Source of the DNA: a virus
Lineage: Duplodnaviria; Caudoviricetes
IMG/VR virus record: IMGVR_UViG_3300032893_000039
Location: 1,820 to 65,819 of that record
Direction: 5' to 3' (one strand)
DNA: 64,000 nucleotides
Positions 56,513 through 64,000 of the stretch are shown here, in pieces. Each line of letters opens with the position of its first letter. The stretch's first letter is position 1. Below the pieces are notes generated by a model. The model did no database searches. It worked only from the letters and a program-made list of their open reading frames with translations, and was not told where the DNA came from. The translations under genes and the position numbers were made by a program.

Positions 56513-56861
56513 GGGATTTGCTCAAATTATTTAAAACTCTGCTTAATTTTTCCATCAGGATATAGTCTAATTCTTTATTTGATAGTATTTCAAACATCCA
56601 ATCACCAATGGTCATTTTCATTTGGGAGGACAGCTTTGATACTTTTTTAGCTTCGTGAAGATTAATGAATGGTGGTGGCGCGGCGATCTTTTGATTAAAT
56701 CTATCAACCAACTTCAATTTATGAAGGCGAGAAAGTATAGCCCCGGTGCTGCGTGAAAGTTTCTCTGCAATGTCATCTACTGATATCGATGAAGTAAAAT
56801 CATTATAAATAATTTCATCTTCTTCAAAAGACCACGGTTGACCGAAGCGTTCAGATGGCAT
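56496..56861 (-). CDS. Myb/HTH-like DNA-binding protein
   Basis: PWSFEEDE...DDIAEKLSRSTGAILSRL. Confidence 0.65.
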   Translation of the reverse strand: MPSERFGQPWSFEEDEIIYNDFTSSISVDDIAEKLSRSTGAILSRLHKLKLVDRFNQKIAAPPPFINLHEAKKVSKLSSQMKMTIGDWMFEILSNKELDYILMEKLSRVLNNLSKSHDNGN

Positions 56862-57594
56862 TGGGGTAAATCCTTTTGATATAGTCTTTGATATCGGAGA
56901 GAGTAGGGTTTACTATTATTTCGCGGCGCGGGCGTCTTATCTCAGAAAACTCCATCTCCCTCCTACCCTTAATCAAATCCGCCACCATTATCGGCCTATT
57001 CTGCCACTGCCGCAACACATTCGCCGGGTGGAACGTCGGCAGTACCTTCACTCCCGGAACCAGTAAACACTCCGAAGTTGTGCCGCGAATACTTGTGATA
57101 GAAGTGCGACGGAGCAAAGCCCAACAAGCCACATTTCCAAGGGCAATAATAAGATTGGGTTGAACAAGGTGGATCTCTACCGCGAGGCGATCAAGTTCCG
57201 GTAGGTACTCAGGTAATAAATATTTTCCGAGGTCAATGGGGGGATGTGCATAGGACTTGCCTCCTACGGTGGATTTGTTGGAACAGAGATTTATTACTTT
57301 GTTGTGGGGCGGGCGAAGCGGGAGGACGTTGGTCATGAATATTTCATGCTTTGACCACCACTCGTCAAGGAGGGTGGAGTTTACGGTGCGCTCAGGAGTG
57401 AAAATGTTGGGCGGGAGACGGTCTTCAATAATGCCGGCTTCGATGAGCATACGGGCCAATTCGAGGCCGGAAAAGCCGACCAGCGGGCGTAGTAGCCTCT
57501 CCTCACTCTCGCCCCAACTCTCCGCAACTAGCATGAGTTTGCAGGGAGCGGGGCCGCGCGAAAATTGTAGTGGAAAGGAGACTTCGTAGGTCAT
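56851..57594 (-). CDS. uracil-DNA glycosylase superfamily (family 4-like, phage polymerase-associated) protein
   Basis: AESWGESE...PLVGFSG, TNV..LRPP, PNLIIALGNVA, PTFHPANVLR. Confidence 0.85.
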   Translation of the reverse strand: MTYEVSFPLQFSRGPAPCKLMLVAESWGESEERLLRPLVGFSGLELARMLIEAGIIEDRLPPNIFTPERTVNSTLLDEWWSKHEIFMTNVLPLRPPHNKVINLCSNKSTVGGKSYAHPPIDLGKYLLPEYLPELDRLAVEIHLVQPNLIIALGNVACWALLRRTSITSIRGTTSECLLVPGVKVLPTFHPANVLRQWQNRPIMVADLIKGRREMEFSEIRRPRREIIVNPTLSDIKDYIKRIYPNAI

Positions 57595-57806
57595 TAAATT
57601 CTCACCGATGGCAAAATATCTGTTAATGGCTTATTGTCAGACTTCTTCCATTCACCAATTGGCTTTCTGACAAATCTGCCTTTTTTATCTCTTAGCATCT
57701 TCATTGGCACAAGCACTTCTACTATCTTAACTTCTGGCCGCTTGAGACGGTCGCAGAGGGCAAAGCCAAGGAGAAATGATCCGAGGGAGAAGAGGAAGGT
57801 TGTCAT
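57594..57806 (-). CDS. small membrane-anchored protein
   Basis: Hydrophobic N-terminus; RDKKGRF motif. Confidence 0.55.
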   Translation of the reverse strand: MTTFLFSLGSFLLGFALCDRLKRPEVKIVEVLVPMKMLRDKKGRFVRKPIGEWKKSDNKPLTDILPSVRI

Positions 57807-57839
57807 TTATTGCCTTTAATATAAGCGTTTGAGATATAG

Positions 57840-58256
57840 TTATTCCTTACGAGCTTCCTTTTCTTTATCCAATATCATCACCGCCGTTCTAGCATAACCT
57901 ACTATGTCCGTCCAGGAGTCTAAGTGGTTAGGACTATTAACCAACCGTGACATTTTTACGCATAGCATGGTGAGAACGTGGCGGATACCTGGATGAGTGC
58001 ACGGTTCAATAAATTTAATCAATCCCTGCGCTCGCTCAAAATCTTCCTTCGGCTCTCCATACACCTTGCCGCGCTCATCTGTGATAGTACGGATGGCGGC
58101 GTCGAATTCTTCGAGGAGAGAGGGCAGACGCACCTTGGATTCAATTTCCTCATCATCTTTAGTTTCTACAAACAAATAATGTGTGGTTTCATACATGTGT
58201 GAATTCATTGAGATAATGCAGGAGAATTCTTCGCCGCAGATTTTGCATTTATACAT
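57840..58256 (-). CDS. C2H2 zinc finger fused to a DUF6378-like domain
   Basis: YKCKICGEEF...H....H; RGKVYGEP..F, KMSRL..SPNHLDSWTDIVGYA. Confidence 0.7.
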   Translation of the reverse strand: MYKCKICGEEFSCIISMNSHMYETTHYLFVETKDDEEIESKVRLPSLLEEFDAAIRTITDERGKVYGEPKEDFERAQGLIKFIEPCTHPGIRHVLTMLCVKMSRLVNSPNHLDSWTDIVGYARTAVMILDKEKEARKE

Positions 58257-58276
58257 AATAGTATTCCTAAATAAGT

Positions 58277-58332
58277 GCCGGCTTCTCACCCACTGGCCGG
58301 CGCAGTGTCTGGCAAGGGTAAGGAGACCCTTG
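58277..58332 (-). promoter_or_regulatory. hairpin + H-type pseudoknot upstream of an RBS (copy A)
   Basis: Minus strand CAAGGGT/ACCCTTG hairpin, then CACTG-C-GCCGGC-CAGTG-GGTGAGAA-GCCGGC. Confidence 0.55.
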
Positions 58333-58355
58333 TAGTGAGATTTGATTCAACAATA

Positions 58356-58652
58356 TCAAGTAAGATTTTGAAACCTATCTACAATACTTTCCAAGCGATT
58401 GCGTGACTTTGAAATGTCATCTATCTTTGATGACAAGATATTAATCATACCGCACAATGGTGGTGAACTTTTATCTTCTTTAGCAACCAAAAAGTCACCA
58501 AAAAGACTTTCAGTAATTTTATCAAGAGTATAAGCTATTTGATTCAGAGAAGTTGTTTCGAGTTCAAGTCTTTCAATCATGCTGCAAATTATTGATGTTT
58601 CAGATTTTTCGGAAACATGATAATCTGGCATTATATTCTTCTTAGATGTCAT
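58356..58652 (-). CDS. hypothetical helical protein
   Basis: GGAG SD. Confidence 0.6.
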   Translation of the reverse strand: MTSKKNIMPDYHVSEKSETSIICSMIERLELETTSLNQIAYTLDKITESLFGDFLVAKEDKSSPPLCGMINILSSKIDDISKSRNRLESIVDRFQNLT

Positions 58653-58675
58653 TGTATATCTCCAATTTAAGAGAG

Positions 58676-58749
58676 TTCCAGGTCTTCCGGCCCACGGACC
58701 TGGAAACGTGGGTCAAAGTCACATAAGTATGCAGTACTTAATACTTATG
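58676..58749 (-). promoter_or_regulatory. hairpin + H-type pseudoknot upstream of an RBS (copy B)
   Basis: Minus strand CATAAGTAT/ATACTTATG hairpin, then CCCACG-T-TTCCAGGTC-CGTGGG-CCGGAA-GACCTGGAA. Confidence 0.6.
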
Positions 58750-58759
58750 CCCCGCCGAA

Positions 58760-59221
58760 TTACGCCCCAATCACCTTCTTCACATTATTATACGTATCCT
58801 TCCCATTCTCACTAGCAGAGCTAGTAAGCACTACCAATACATCCTTGCCAGGAAGTTCATGAAGAAACTCGTCAATGGGCTTCCCCGCCGTGTCGAAGCC
58901 GAGGCTTTCAAGGAAGTCATTGAAGATGTAAATCTTCTCCGGGGTGAGTTGGAATTGGGCGGTCGGAGGCTTGCCGTTAATCTTCAGCTTGGAAAGGTCG
59001 AAGTCGCCCAGTTCCTCCGGTGGCACATCCTCCGTCGCGCCGGTCAGTGTCATAATAATATCAATCGTGTCGATATTCTTATCGAAACGTGACTTGCCAA
59101 AAGGGGCGGCGGTGATGACGCCGAAGTAAGTCCCGGCTGGGACGCCGCGGGGCCGCTCGAAAGAGTCCAGAGGCTTGCTCAGTAGAGACTTAAAATCGGG
59201 TCCAGTATTTGCTTTAGCCAT
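58760..59221 (-). CDS. putative ssDNA-binding protein (DUF669-like)
   Basis: VPAGTYFGVI...YNNVKKV; downstream of the Sak4-like ATPase. Confidence 0.6.
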   Translation of the reverse strand: MAKANTGPDFKSLLSKPLDSFERPRGVPAGTYFGVITAAPFGKSRFDKNIDTIDIIMTLTGATEDVPPEELGDFDLSKLKINGKPPTAQFQLTPEKIYIFNDFLESLGFDTAGKPIDEFLHELPGKDVLVVLTSSASENGKDTYNNVKKVIGA

Positions 59222-59425
59222 TTTACATTTCCTATAGGTTGTGATGTGGTTATTTGGTTATATAACCGAAAGAATTAGTTGGTGGAGGCAGCTTCGACAA
59301 GCTTGTGTTGGTTATCCGAAATAAACCTAAGCATGTCCTCAATCTCCATTACTTGCATTAGGTAGAATAGTACTGCTTCGTCAAGTTCTACATCGGCGGC
59401 GTTCTCCATTAGTTGTTGGATGGTG

Positions 59426-59659
59426 TTAAAGGTTTGTTGCAGATTGTTGCTCATCGATAAATCTCCGTGCGGCTGAAATTGAAATTACTCTGCGGATGGT
59501 GGAATTATTTAGGCGGACTGCGTAGTACTTATATTTCATGCCGCAGAGGCGGATTAGGTAGCCTTTATATGTTCGATCTTTGTTTGGCATGAGCCAGGAG
59601 GATATACCCATATCACGATACCACCTAATGTATCTGGATAATGTGTAATTTACTTTCAT
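59426..59659 (-). CDS. small basic hypothetical protein
   Basis: Overlaps the stop of the upstream gene. Confidence 0.45.
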   Translation of the reverse strand: MKVNYTLSRYIRWYRDMGISSWLMPNKDRTYKGYLIRLCGMKYKYYAVRLNNSTIRRVISISAARRFIDEQQSATNL

Positions 59660-60510
59660 TTCACACCTTGTACAGCTTTGAAGTATTCTGCGAGGCCGGT
59701 TTCTATACTATAACTTTGGGCTACGCGGAGCGGGGCGGTGTTTTTAGTACAGACTTCGCCAGTAGTTTTGGTGTAGATTTTAAGAGACGGCCCTTGTGCT
59801 TTAGCATGGAGGACGGTGTTGAAGTAGCGAGGAATATGTGGTGAGAGTGCTCGACCAATGGCAGAAGGAAAGCCCATACTACTTTCATTCTTCGCCTCCT
59901 CACTTTGAGGACCGTAACCGCTTTCTGAGACTTCGGTGATATGGGAAATAACAATGATATTGCATTTCATGCCTTCGTCTTTGAAGAGGTCGAGAAGGGA
60001 ACGGATGTAATCTTGCGCCGCTCCAATATCCCGCCGCGCCTCGTTCTGCGTCCTTACTGCCATGAGCGCGCCGTTCATTTGCAAATGATGATCTAGGGCC
60101 GCTTTGGCGGCAGCGGTAAGGCTATCAAGGACAAGTACCGTGTCGCTGCCCCAAGAGCTAGGCTTACCTAGATCCGTCTCCCCATCCTTCCAGTGGTCAA
60201 GTAGTGAAACCATTCGAGGCCATACGGTAGACTTAGCGGAGAGGACACGGCCATTTACTGATTTCTTAGCTTCCGTGAGCGTGACGTATTCAACGTTGGC
60301 GGCACAGTTTGGGTTTTCCTTTACGTAACGTGAGGCGGGATCGGTAAGGTAGGATTTAAGTACGTCAAGGCCATTGTCGAGGTCGAGGACGCGAAGTTTA
60401 TAGCCTGCTGCTGCGAGCGAGGCCAGCGCGCCGGTCTTGCCGCTTCCCGAGTGGCCTATGAAAAGAAGTTTAGTAGTCTCATTTGATTGATGATTGGCGA
60501 GGTTGGGCAT
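59656..60510 (-). CDS. AAA_24/Sak4-like RecA-fold ATPase
   Basis: GHSGSGKT, LDLDNG, VLDSLT, IVISH. Confidence 0.85.
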   Translation of the reverse strand: MPNLANHQSNETTKLLFIGHSGSGKTGALASLAAAGYKLRVLDLDNGLDVLKSYLTDPASRYVKENPNCAANVEYVTLTEAKKSVNGRVLSAKSTVWPRMVSLLDHWKDGETDLGKPSSWGSDTVLVLDSLTAAAKAALDHHLQMNGALMAVRTQNEARRDIGAAQDYIRSLLDLFKDEGMKCNIIVISHITEVSESGYGPQSEEAKNESSMGFPSAIGRALSPHIPRYFNTVLHAKAQGPSLKIYTKTTGEVCTKNTAPLRVAQSYSIETGLAEYFKAVQGVK

Positions 60511-60516
60511 TATTAT

Positions 60517-60747
60517 TTATTCCTTCGGCGGCTCGGGAAGTGGCATCCAATAGGTTGGAGTAGGGTTAGTTAAATGTATAGAGTAATAAAAATCATCTAC
60601 ATCATAAACGGTCCAACACTGTCTAATGTCACAGTCATTCCAAACACAAGCATTGATATTCCAGTATGCAATATAAATATGATCTTTACAAAAAACTAAT
60701 ATTCTTGTACCATCTCTTGGTGCTGTCTCAATTGATTGCCATTGCAT
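60517..60747 (-). CDS. DUF551-like phage protein
   Basis: WQSIETAPRDGTRIL ... PTYWMPLPEPP. Confidence 0.85.
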   Translation of the reverse strand: MQWQSIETAPRDGTRILVFCKDHIYIAYWNINACVWNDCDIRQCWTVYDVDDFYYSIHLTNPTPTYWMPLPEPPKE

Positions 60748-60759
60748 TTTATCTATTCC

Positions 60760-61089
60760 TTACTTATTTATAGGAGGACATTCACCATTTATATCTACAA
60801 CTATACCGTCTTGACATTCTTTAAGGTTATTTGGAACTGAGCCTGAACTAGGCCAATATGGCAGTGTAATTGATCTATGAATACTCGCTTCCTTTTTCTT
60901 CTCTTCCTTCTTTGCCCAACATTCAGCAGTAATACTTGTATTCAATTCCTTCAATTCTTGACACATCTTTTCAGAAGGAACCTGTAGTTCAATGCGATGT
61001 GAGGTTGTGGAACATGTAGAAGGAAAAGTATCTCCACAAAACGGGCCGCCTGTGGTTGTGTATGAAAGTATTACCAAATACCAAAGCAT
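60760..61089 (-). CDS. Cys-rich, possibly exported hypothetical protein
   Basis: GGAG SD before ATG 61089 (MLWYLVIL). Confidence 0.5.
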   Translation of the reverse strand: MLWYLVILSYTTTGGPFCGDTFPSTCSTTSHRIELQVPSEKMCQELKELNTSITAECWAKKEEKKKEASIHRSITLPYWPSSGSVPNNLKECQDGIVVDINGECPPINK

Positions 61090-61220
61090 AGCATTCTCCT
61101 CACCTAAACAAATCAAATGCATCGTGGTCCATGGCCTTGACCAAGAACCACAGGATGAACAAAACGAATAGTATTCCAGAAATCAACCCAAAAATAAACC
61201 ACATATTATATATCTCCTAT

Positions 61221-61296
61221 TGGTAGTAGCGGCAGGGCTCGAACCTGCAACTGGACCTTTATGAGAGGCCGGTTCTACCAGTTGAACTACGCTACT
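61221..61296 (-). tRNA. tRNA with CAT anticodon (elongator Met or Ile2)
   Basis: AGTAGCG/CGCTACT acceptor, loop CTCATAA, GGTTCGAGCCC, CCA; lacks initiator hallmarks. Confidence 0.92.
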
Positions 61297-61305
61297 ATTA
61301 GCATT

Positions 61306-61389
61306 TGGTCCCAACACCCGGACTCGAACCGGGACGGCACAGCCGAGAGATTTTAAGTCTCTTACGTCTACCAATTTCGTCATGTTGGG
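61306..61389 (-). tRNA. tRNA-Leu(TAA)
   Basis: CCCAACA/TGTTGGG acceptor, AGAGA-CTTAAAA-TCTCT, variable arm, GGTTCGAGTCC, CCA. Confidence 0.93.
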
Positions 61390-61390
61390 A

Positions 61391-61939
61391 TTACAATTCA
61401 CTTTTATGCTTTTCATCTTTTTCAAGAGTTTTCTTGAATAGAGTTTTTGAAGCGGTGTGATAAATAACAATTCCTTCGGGTTTCATAAAACCAGGCGCCG
61501 CAACGCTGCCGTTTTCTTTCAAGAAAAGCAATGCTTGCTTCATACCTTTAAATACACCAAATTCCTCAATTAAGCCTTGATAGAGAATTGGTACAACTCT
61601 GCAACACTTTGGCCGAATTGCATCGTCACTCCACCTATGAGTGTTGAATAGTGAGAATGCCTTTTCGGTCATAGAGTAGTTGCGTTGAATGCCGTGGCCC
61701 CACCATTCACCGAAATGGTGGCCTGGGCCTAGTTTTAATAGTTCATTTCTATTCGCATATGCCCATTTGGCAAAGCCAAAGTTATCATCTTCTGGAGTAA
61801 TCCAACGGGTACGAGAGCCGACTAGAAAAGTACCATCACTTTCGTCAATATAAATACTGGCATTAGTACCGTCTAGCTTTTCAGTAATTATACATTCCCG
61901 TGAAAAGCGTGAGATTTTAGGAAATTCAATAAAGTCCAT
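61391..61939 (-). CDS. ATP-dependent RNA ligase (Rnl2-like nucleotidyltransferase domain)
   Basis: TEKLDGTN (I), SRTR (Ia), FGEWWG (III), FSLFN (IIIa), EGIV (IV), FKK (V). Confidence 0.85.
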   Translation of the reverse strand: MDFIEFPKISRFSRECIITEKLDGTNASIYIDESDGTFLVGSRTRWITPEDDNFGFAKWAYANRNELLKLGPGHHFGEWWGHGIQRNYSMTEKAFSLFNTHRWSDDAIRPKCCRVVPILYQGLIEEFGVFKGMKQALLFLKENGSVAAPGFMKPEGIVIYHTASKTLFKKTLEKDEKHKSEL

Positions 61940-62928
61940 TAGATGTCTCCTCTAATCTGCGTAGGATCCCACACCCTTCGATTATATCCGGCGGTAAGGA
62001 ATTGCTGGCGCAGACTTTCTGGTTTCATACATACTTGGGCAAAGGCGCAGCCGTAGACCATTTCGCCGGTTTTGTCGTCGATGCGGGGGGTTCCGCAGGC
62101 TTTATTATTCATAGGCCAATACTCAGCCTTAGCATAACTCTCAGCCATGGTGAGATATATTCCAAAGTCCCTGTACCACTCATCAATGATACTCTTAGGC
62201 TTGTATATCTGATGGCGTTGGAAGCGTGAGAAAGTCACTGCTACTTGCGCCGCGTCAATAATAATCCCTGATATTCCGTGCGGCAACACTACGTCGCCGG
62301 CGAAATTATAAGTAGTCATTTGGTTGTCAAGTTTAAATCGTTCAAAGAATGCTTCGTTTAGGGTGTTTTTTGTGGTCTTTCGGTCTACTATGAAATACTT
62401 ATCGTCCATCTCGGCGTATTTGTCGAAGTGGCCGCAGATGTAGAAGTCTTCATCGAGAGAGGACTTGTAGCCTGAGGCGAAGCGGAAGGAGAGTTCAATG
62501 GCTGGTTTGCCGTTGTCGAGGCGGACGGTGTGAAGAGTATCTTCCTTGAATTGGTCGAGATACCAAATTACTGTACGAAGAAGGCCCGCGCGGGTTTTGC
62601 TGTCGCTGTCCATTTCAATGGGGCGGGATAGTTTCGCGTCCCAAGTATCAGTCAACACCTTCCGCACCGTGGAATTCAATGCCTCTTCGTGATCCATGCC
62701 AGAGAAACGCTTATGGTCATAGAATTCCAGGGCGGAGTGGTATAGTAATCCAAAGGTCAGATGTACTGATTGATAGAAGGAGGTATAACCACATACGATA
62801 GAATAGTAATAATATCGTGGGCAAGTCTTGAGCGCGCCGAGCGAGGTGCTGTCCCAGTAGAGCTGAAGATTTGGTAGTTCCTTGCTGAAGGAGTTGTTGA
62901 CCTGGAAGGTAGGAAGTGTGGCGTTCAT
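61939..62928 (-). CDS. PD-(D/E)XK exonuclease (Cas4/RecB-like phage type)
   Basis: CPRYYYY, FGLLYHSALE, GHFDK...IVDRKTT, QMTTY, C-terminal C...C....C. Confidence 0.85.
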   Translation of the reverse strand: MNATLPTFQVNNSFSKELPNLQLYWDSTSLGALKTCPRYYYYSIVCGYTSFYQSVHLTFGLLYHSALEFYDHKRFSGMDHEEALNSTVRKVLTDTWDAKLSRPIEMDSDSKTRAGLLRTVIWYLDQFKEDTLHTVRLDNGKPAIELSFRFASGYKSSLDEDFYICGHFDKYAEMDDKYFIVDRKTTKNTLNEAFFERFKLDNQMTTYNFAGDVVLPHGISGIIIDAAQVAVTFSRFQRHQIYKPKSIIDEWYRDFGIYLTMAESYAKAEYWPMNNKACGTPRIDDKTGEMVYGCAFAQVCMKPESLRQQFLTAGYNRRVWDPTQIRGDI

Positions 62929-62929
62929 G

Positions 62930-63151
62930 TTATGCCTTTAACTTCTTACTGCGTTCAGCCAAGGCACGGCGGGTAGGTCCATAAGCTACTTCCCAACGCA
63001 TCATACCTGTTTCATGTGGATTTCCTGGTTCATATGGAGTTATTTCTTGTTTGCAGCGTGGACAATATTGTTGATCGTTACATATTGCACATTCACAACA
63101 AGTAGTGAACATTGTACTATTAGTTGAGCTACAAAGAAATACTGTTGGCAT
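62930..63151 (-). CDS. small Cys-rich zinc-ribbon protein
   Basis: TCCECAIC...CPRC. Confidence 0.6.
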   Translation of the reverse strand: MPTVFLCSSTNSTMFTTCCECAICNDQQYCPRCKQEITPYEPGNPHETGMMRWEVAYGPTRRALAERSKKLKA

Positions 63152-63152
63152 G

Positions 63153-63410
63153 TTAAAACTCCATATCCTTCGGCGGCGCGTCGGCCTTCGGCACCGGCAA
63201 AGCTTTTGGTGTACTAGCCTTCGGCAACGACTTCTTTCCGGCGAGTTCCGCCGCCGCCCAGCGCCCGCGCATTTTGCGGTACTCTTCTACAACGCGGCGA
63301 ATATCCTCTTCGGTCATCTCAAGCGGATTACGATTGAATAGTTCAGAGAGGCTATCAGTAGTTGCTTCGGATAGGGCTTTTAACCCTTGGATGGGATCTA
63401 TGTCAGACAT
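63153..63410 (-). CDS. hypothetical protein
   Basis: GAGG SD; ELFNRNPL motif. Confidence 0.6.
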   Translation of the reverse strand: MSDIDPIQGLKALSEATTDSLSELFNRNPLEMTEEDIRRVVEEYRKMRGRWAAAELAGKKSLPKASTPKALPVPKADAPPKDMEF

Positions 63411-63577
63411 TACTAAGCCTCTTGGCTAATTCATTAATTAAGTCTCTGACTGCAATGTGGTGATGATGTTTAAAATCTTCTTAAGCATCTGCTGCCATTT
63501 TACCTTGAGCGCGGGCAAAATCCTTTGCAGTTTTAATTAACTTTTTATCCGTGTAGTTTGAAAATACTGTAAATATG

Positions 63578-63772
63578 TCAGACAATTTCCTTCAACCCTC
63601 TATTTGTACTACCAAGAGCAATGTTGTTAGTTTCGAGCCACAGCCGGATTATCTTACGAATGGCGGGCGAGATTCCAATGTTATCGGCAAAGACACTTTC
63701 AAGTATTTCTAAGTCAGATTTGAAAACTTGAATGTGAATGCGGGTTATTTCTTCTTCGGCTTTACGTGGCAT
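63578..63772 (-). CDS. small protein, possible ribbon-helix-helix
   Basis: TRIHIQVFKSDLEIL...ISPAIRKII. Confidence 0.5.
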   Translation of the reverse strand: MPRKAEEEITRIHIQVFKSDLEILESVFADNIGISPAIRKIIRLWLETNNIALGSTNRGLKEIV

Positions 63773-63986
63773 CTTCTTCCTTCCTGCCTTTTACTATGAG
63801 AATTGACGCGCCGCTAGGGGAGGCGCGGAATTGAAGGATGTTTAAATCAATGTCTTTGCTGGCAGCACGGGCGGTGTATAGCTTTGCGCGGGCGCGGGTG
63901 ATGTCGGAGCATGGTAGTTCCAGGCCGAGAGGCGAGCCAAGTGCACGGTAGAGGATGGCGAGGAATTGATTGTGATCGGAGGGCAT
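63762..63986 (-). CDS. hypothetical protein
   Basis: ORF track; overlaps next gene start. Confidence 0.55.
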   Translation of the reverse strand: MPSDHNQFLAILYRALGSPLGLELPCSDITRARAKLYTARAASKDIDLNILQFRASPSGASILIVKGRKEEDAT

Positions 63987-64000
63987 TAATTTAATTCTTT

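Noticed and set aside
55534-56861. Self-splicing introns interrupting the polymerase
   Set aside because: The intervals are filled with coupled small ORFs; no group I/II core or homing endonuclease motif recognised
61939-62928. CRISPR adaptation Cas4
   Set aside because: It sits in a recombination module with Sak4-like and SSB-like genes; no cas1/cas2
1-64000. Prophage/integration module
   Set aside because: No integrase, repressor cassette or host genes recognised; the tRNAs lie inside phage operons rather than at a boundary

Overview
The window is most or all of a ~64 kb podovirus-type tailed phage genome with a BPP-1/epsilon15/T7-like virion module. The host is probably an alphaproteobacterium (inference), and no integrase or repressor was recognised. 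A divergent promoter region at ~7.66-7.76 kb splits transcription. Leftward genes (1-7.6 kb, apparently continuing circularly through 64-51 kb) encode an SF1 helicase, a HIRAN protein, a GHKL-like ATPase, a PD-(D/E)XK exonuclease, an RNA ligase, a Sak4-like ATPase, an SSB-like protein, a UDG/exonuclease/PolA set split over three ORFs, a DUF3987-like helicase and 3 tRNAs. Rightward genes include early genes, a split terminase, portal, capsid, tail spikes, tail tube, ejection proteins and lysis genes. The most striking element is at 7.8-10.2 kb: ~1.1 kb of structured non-coding DNA directly upstream of a Ro60/Rsr (TROVE-vWA) gene. It ends in a tandem array of five Y-RNA-like units that share a bulged GA-U-GA-CG(U/C)A-G ... 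UC-UC stem but carry different payloads. Two payloads are circularly permuted tRNA bodies (one class I, one class II Ser/Leu-like), one is a tRNA-Ser(GCU)-like anticodon arm, and two are short hairpins. Other oddities are two same-topology pseudoknots upstream of start codons, tail spikes with Sec-type signal peptides, a His762 PolA, triplicated adaptor genes and a purine/pyrimidine quasi-palindrome around an A16 tract. All product calls come from motif recognition by eye; no database searches were run.
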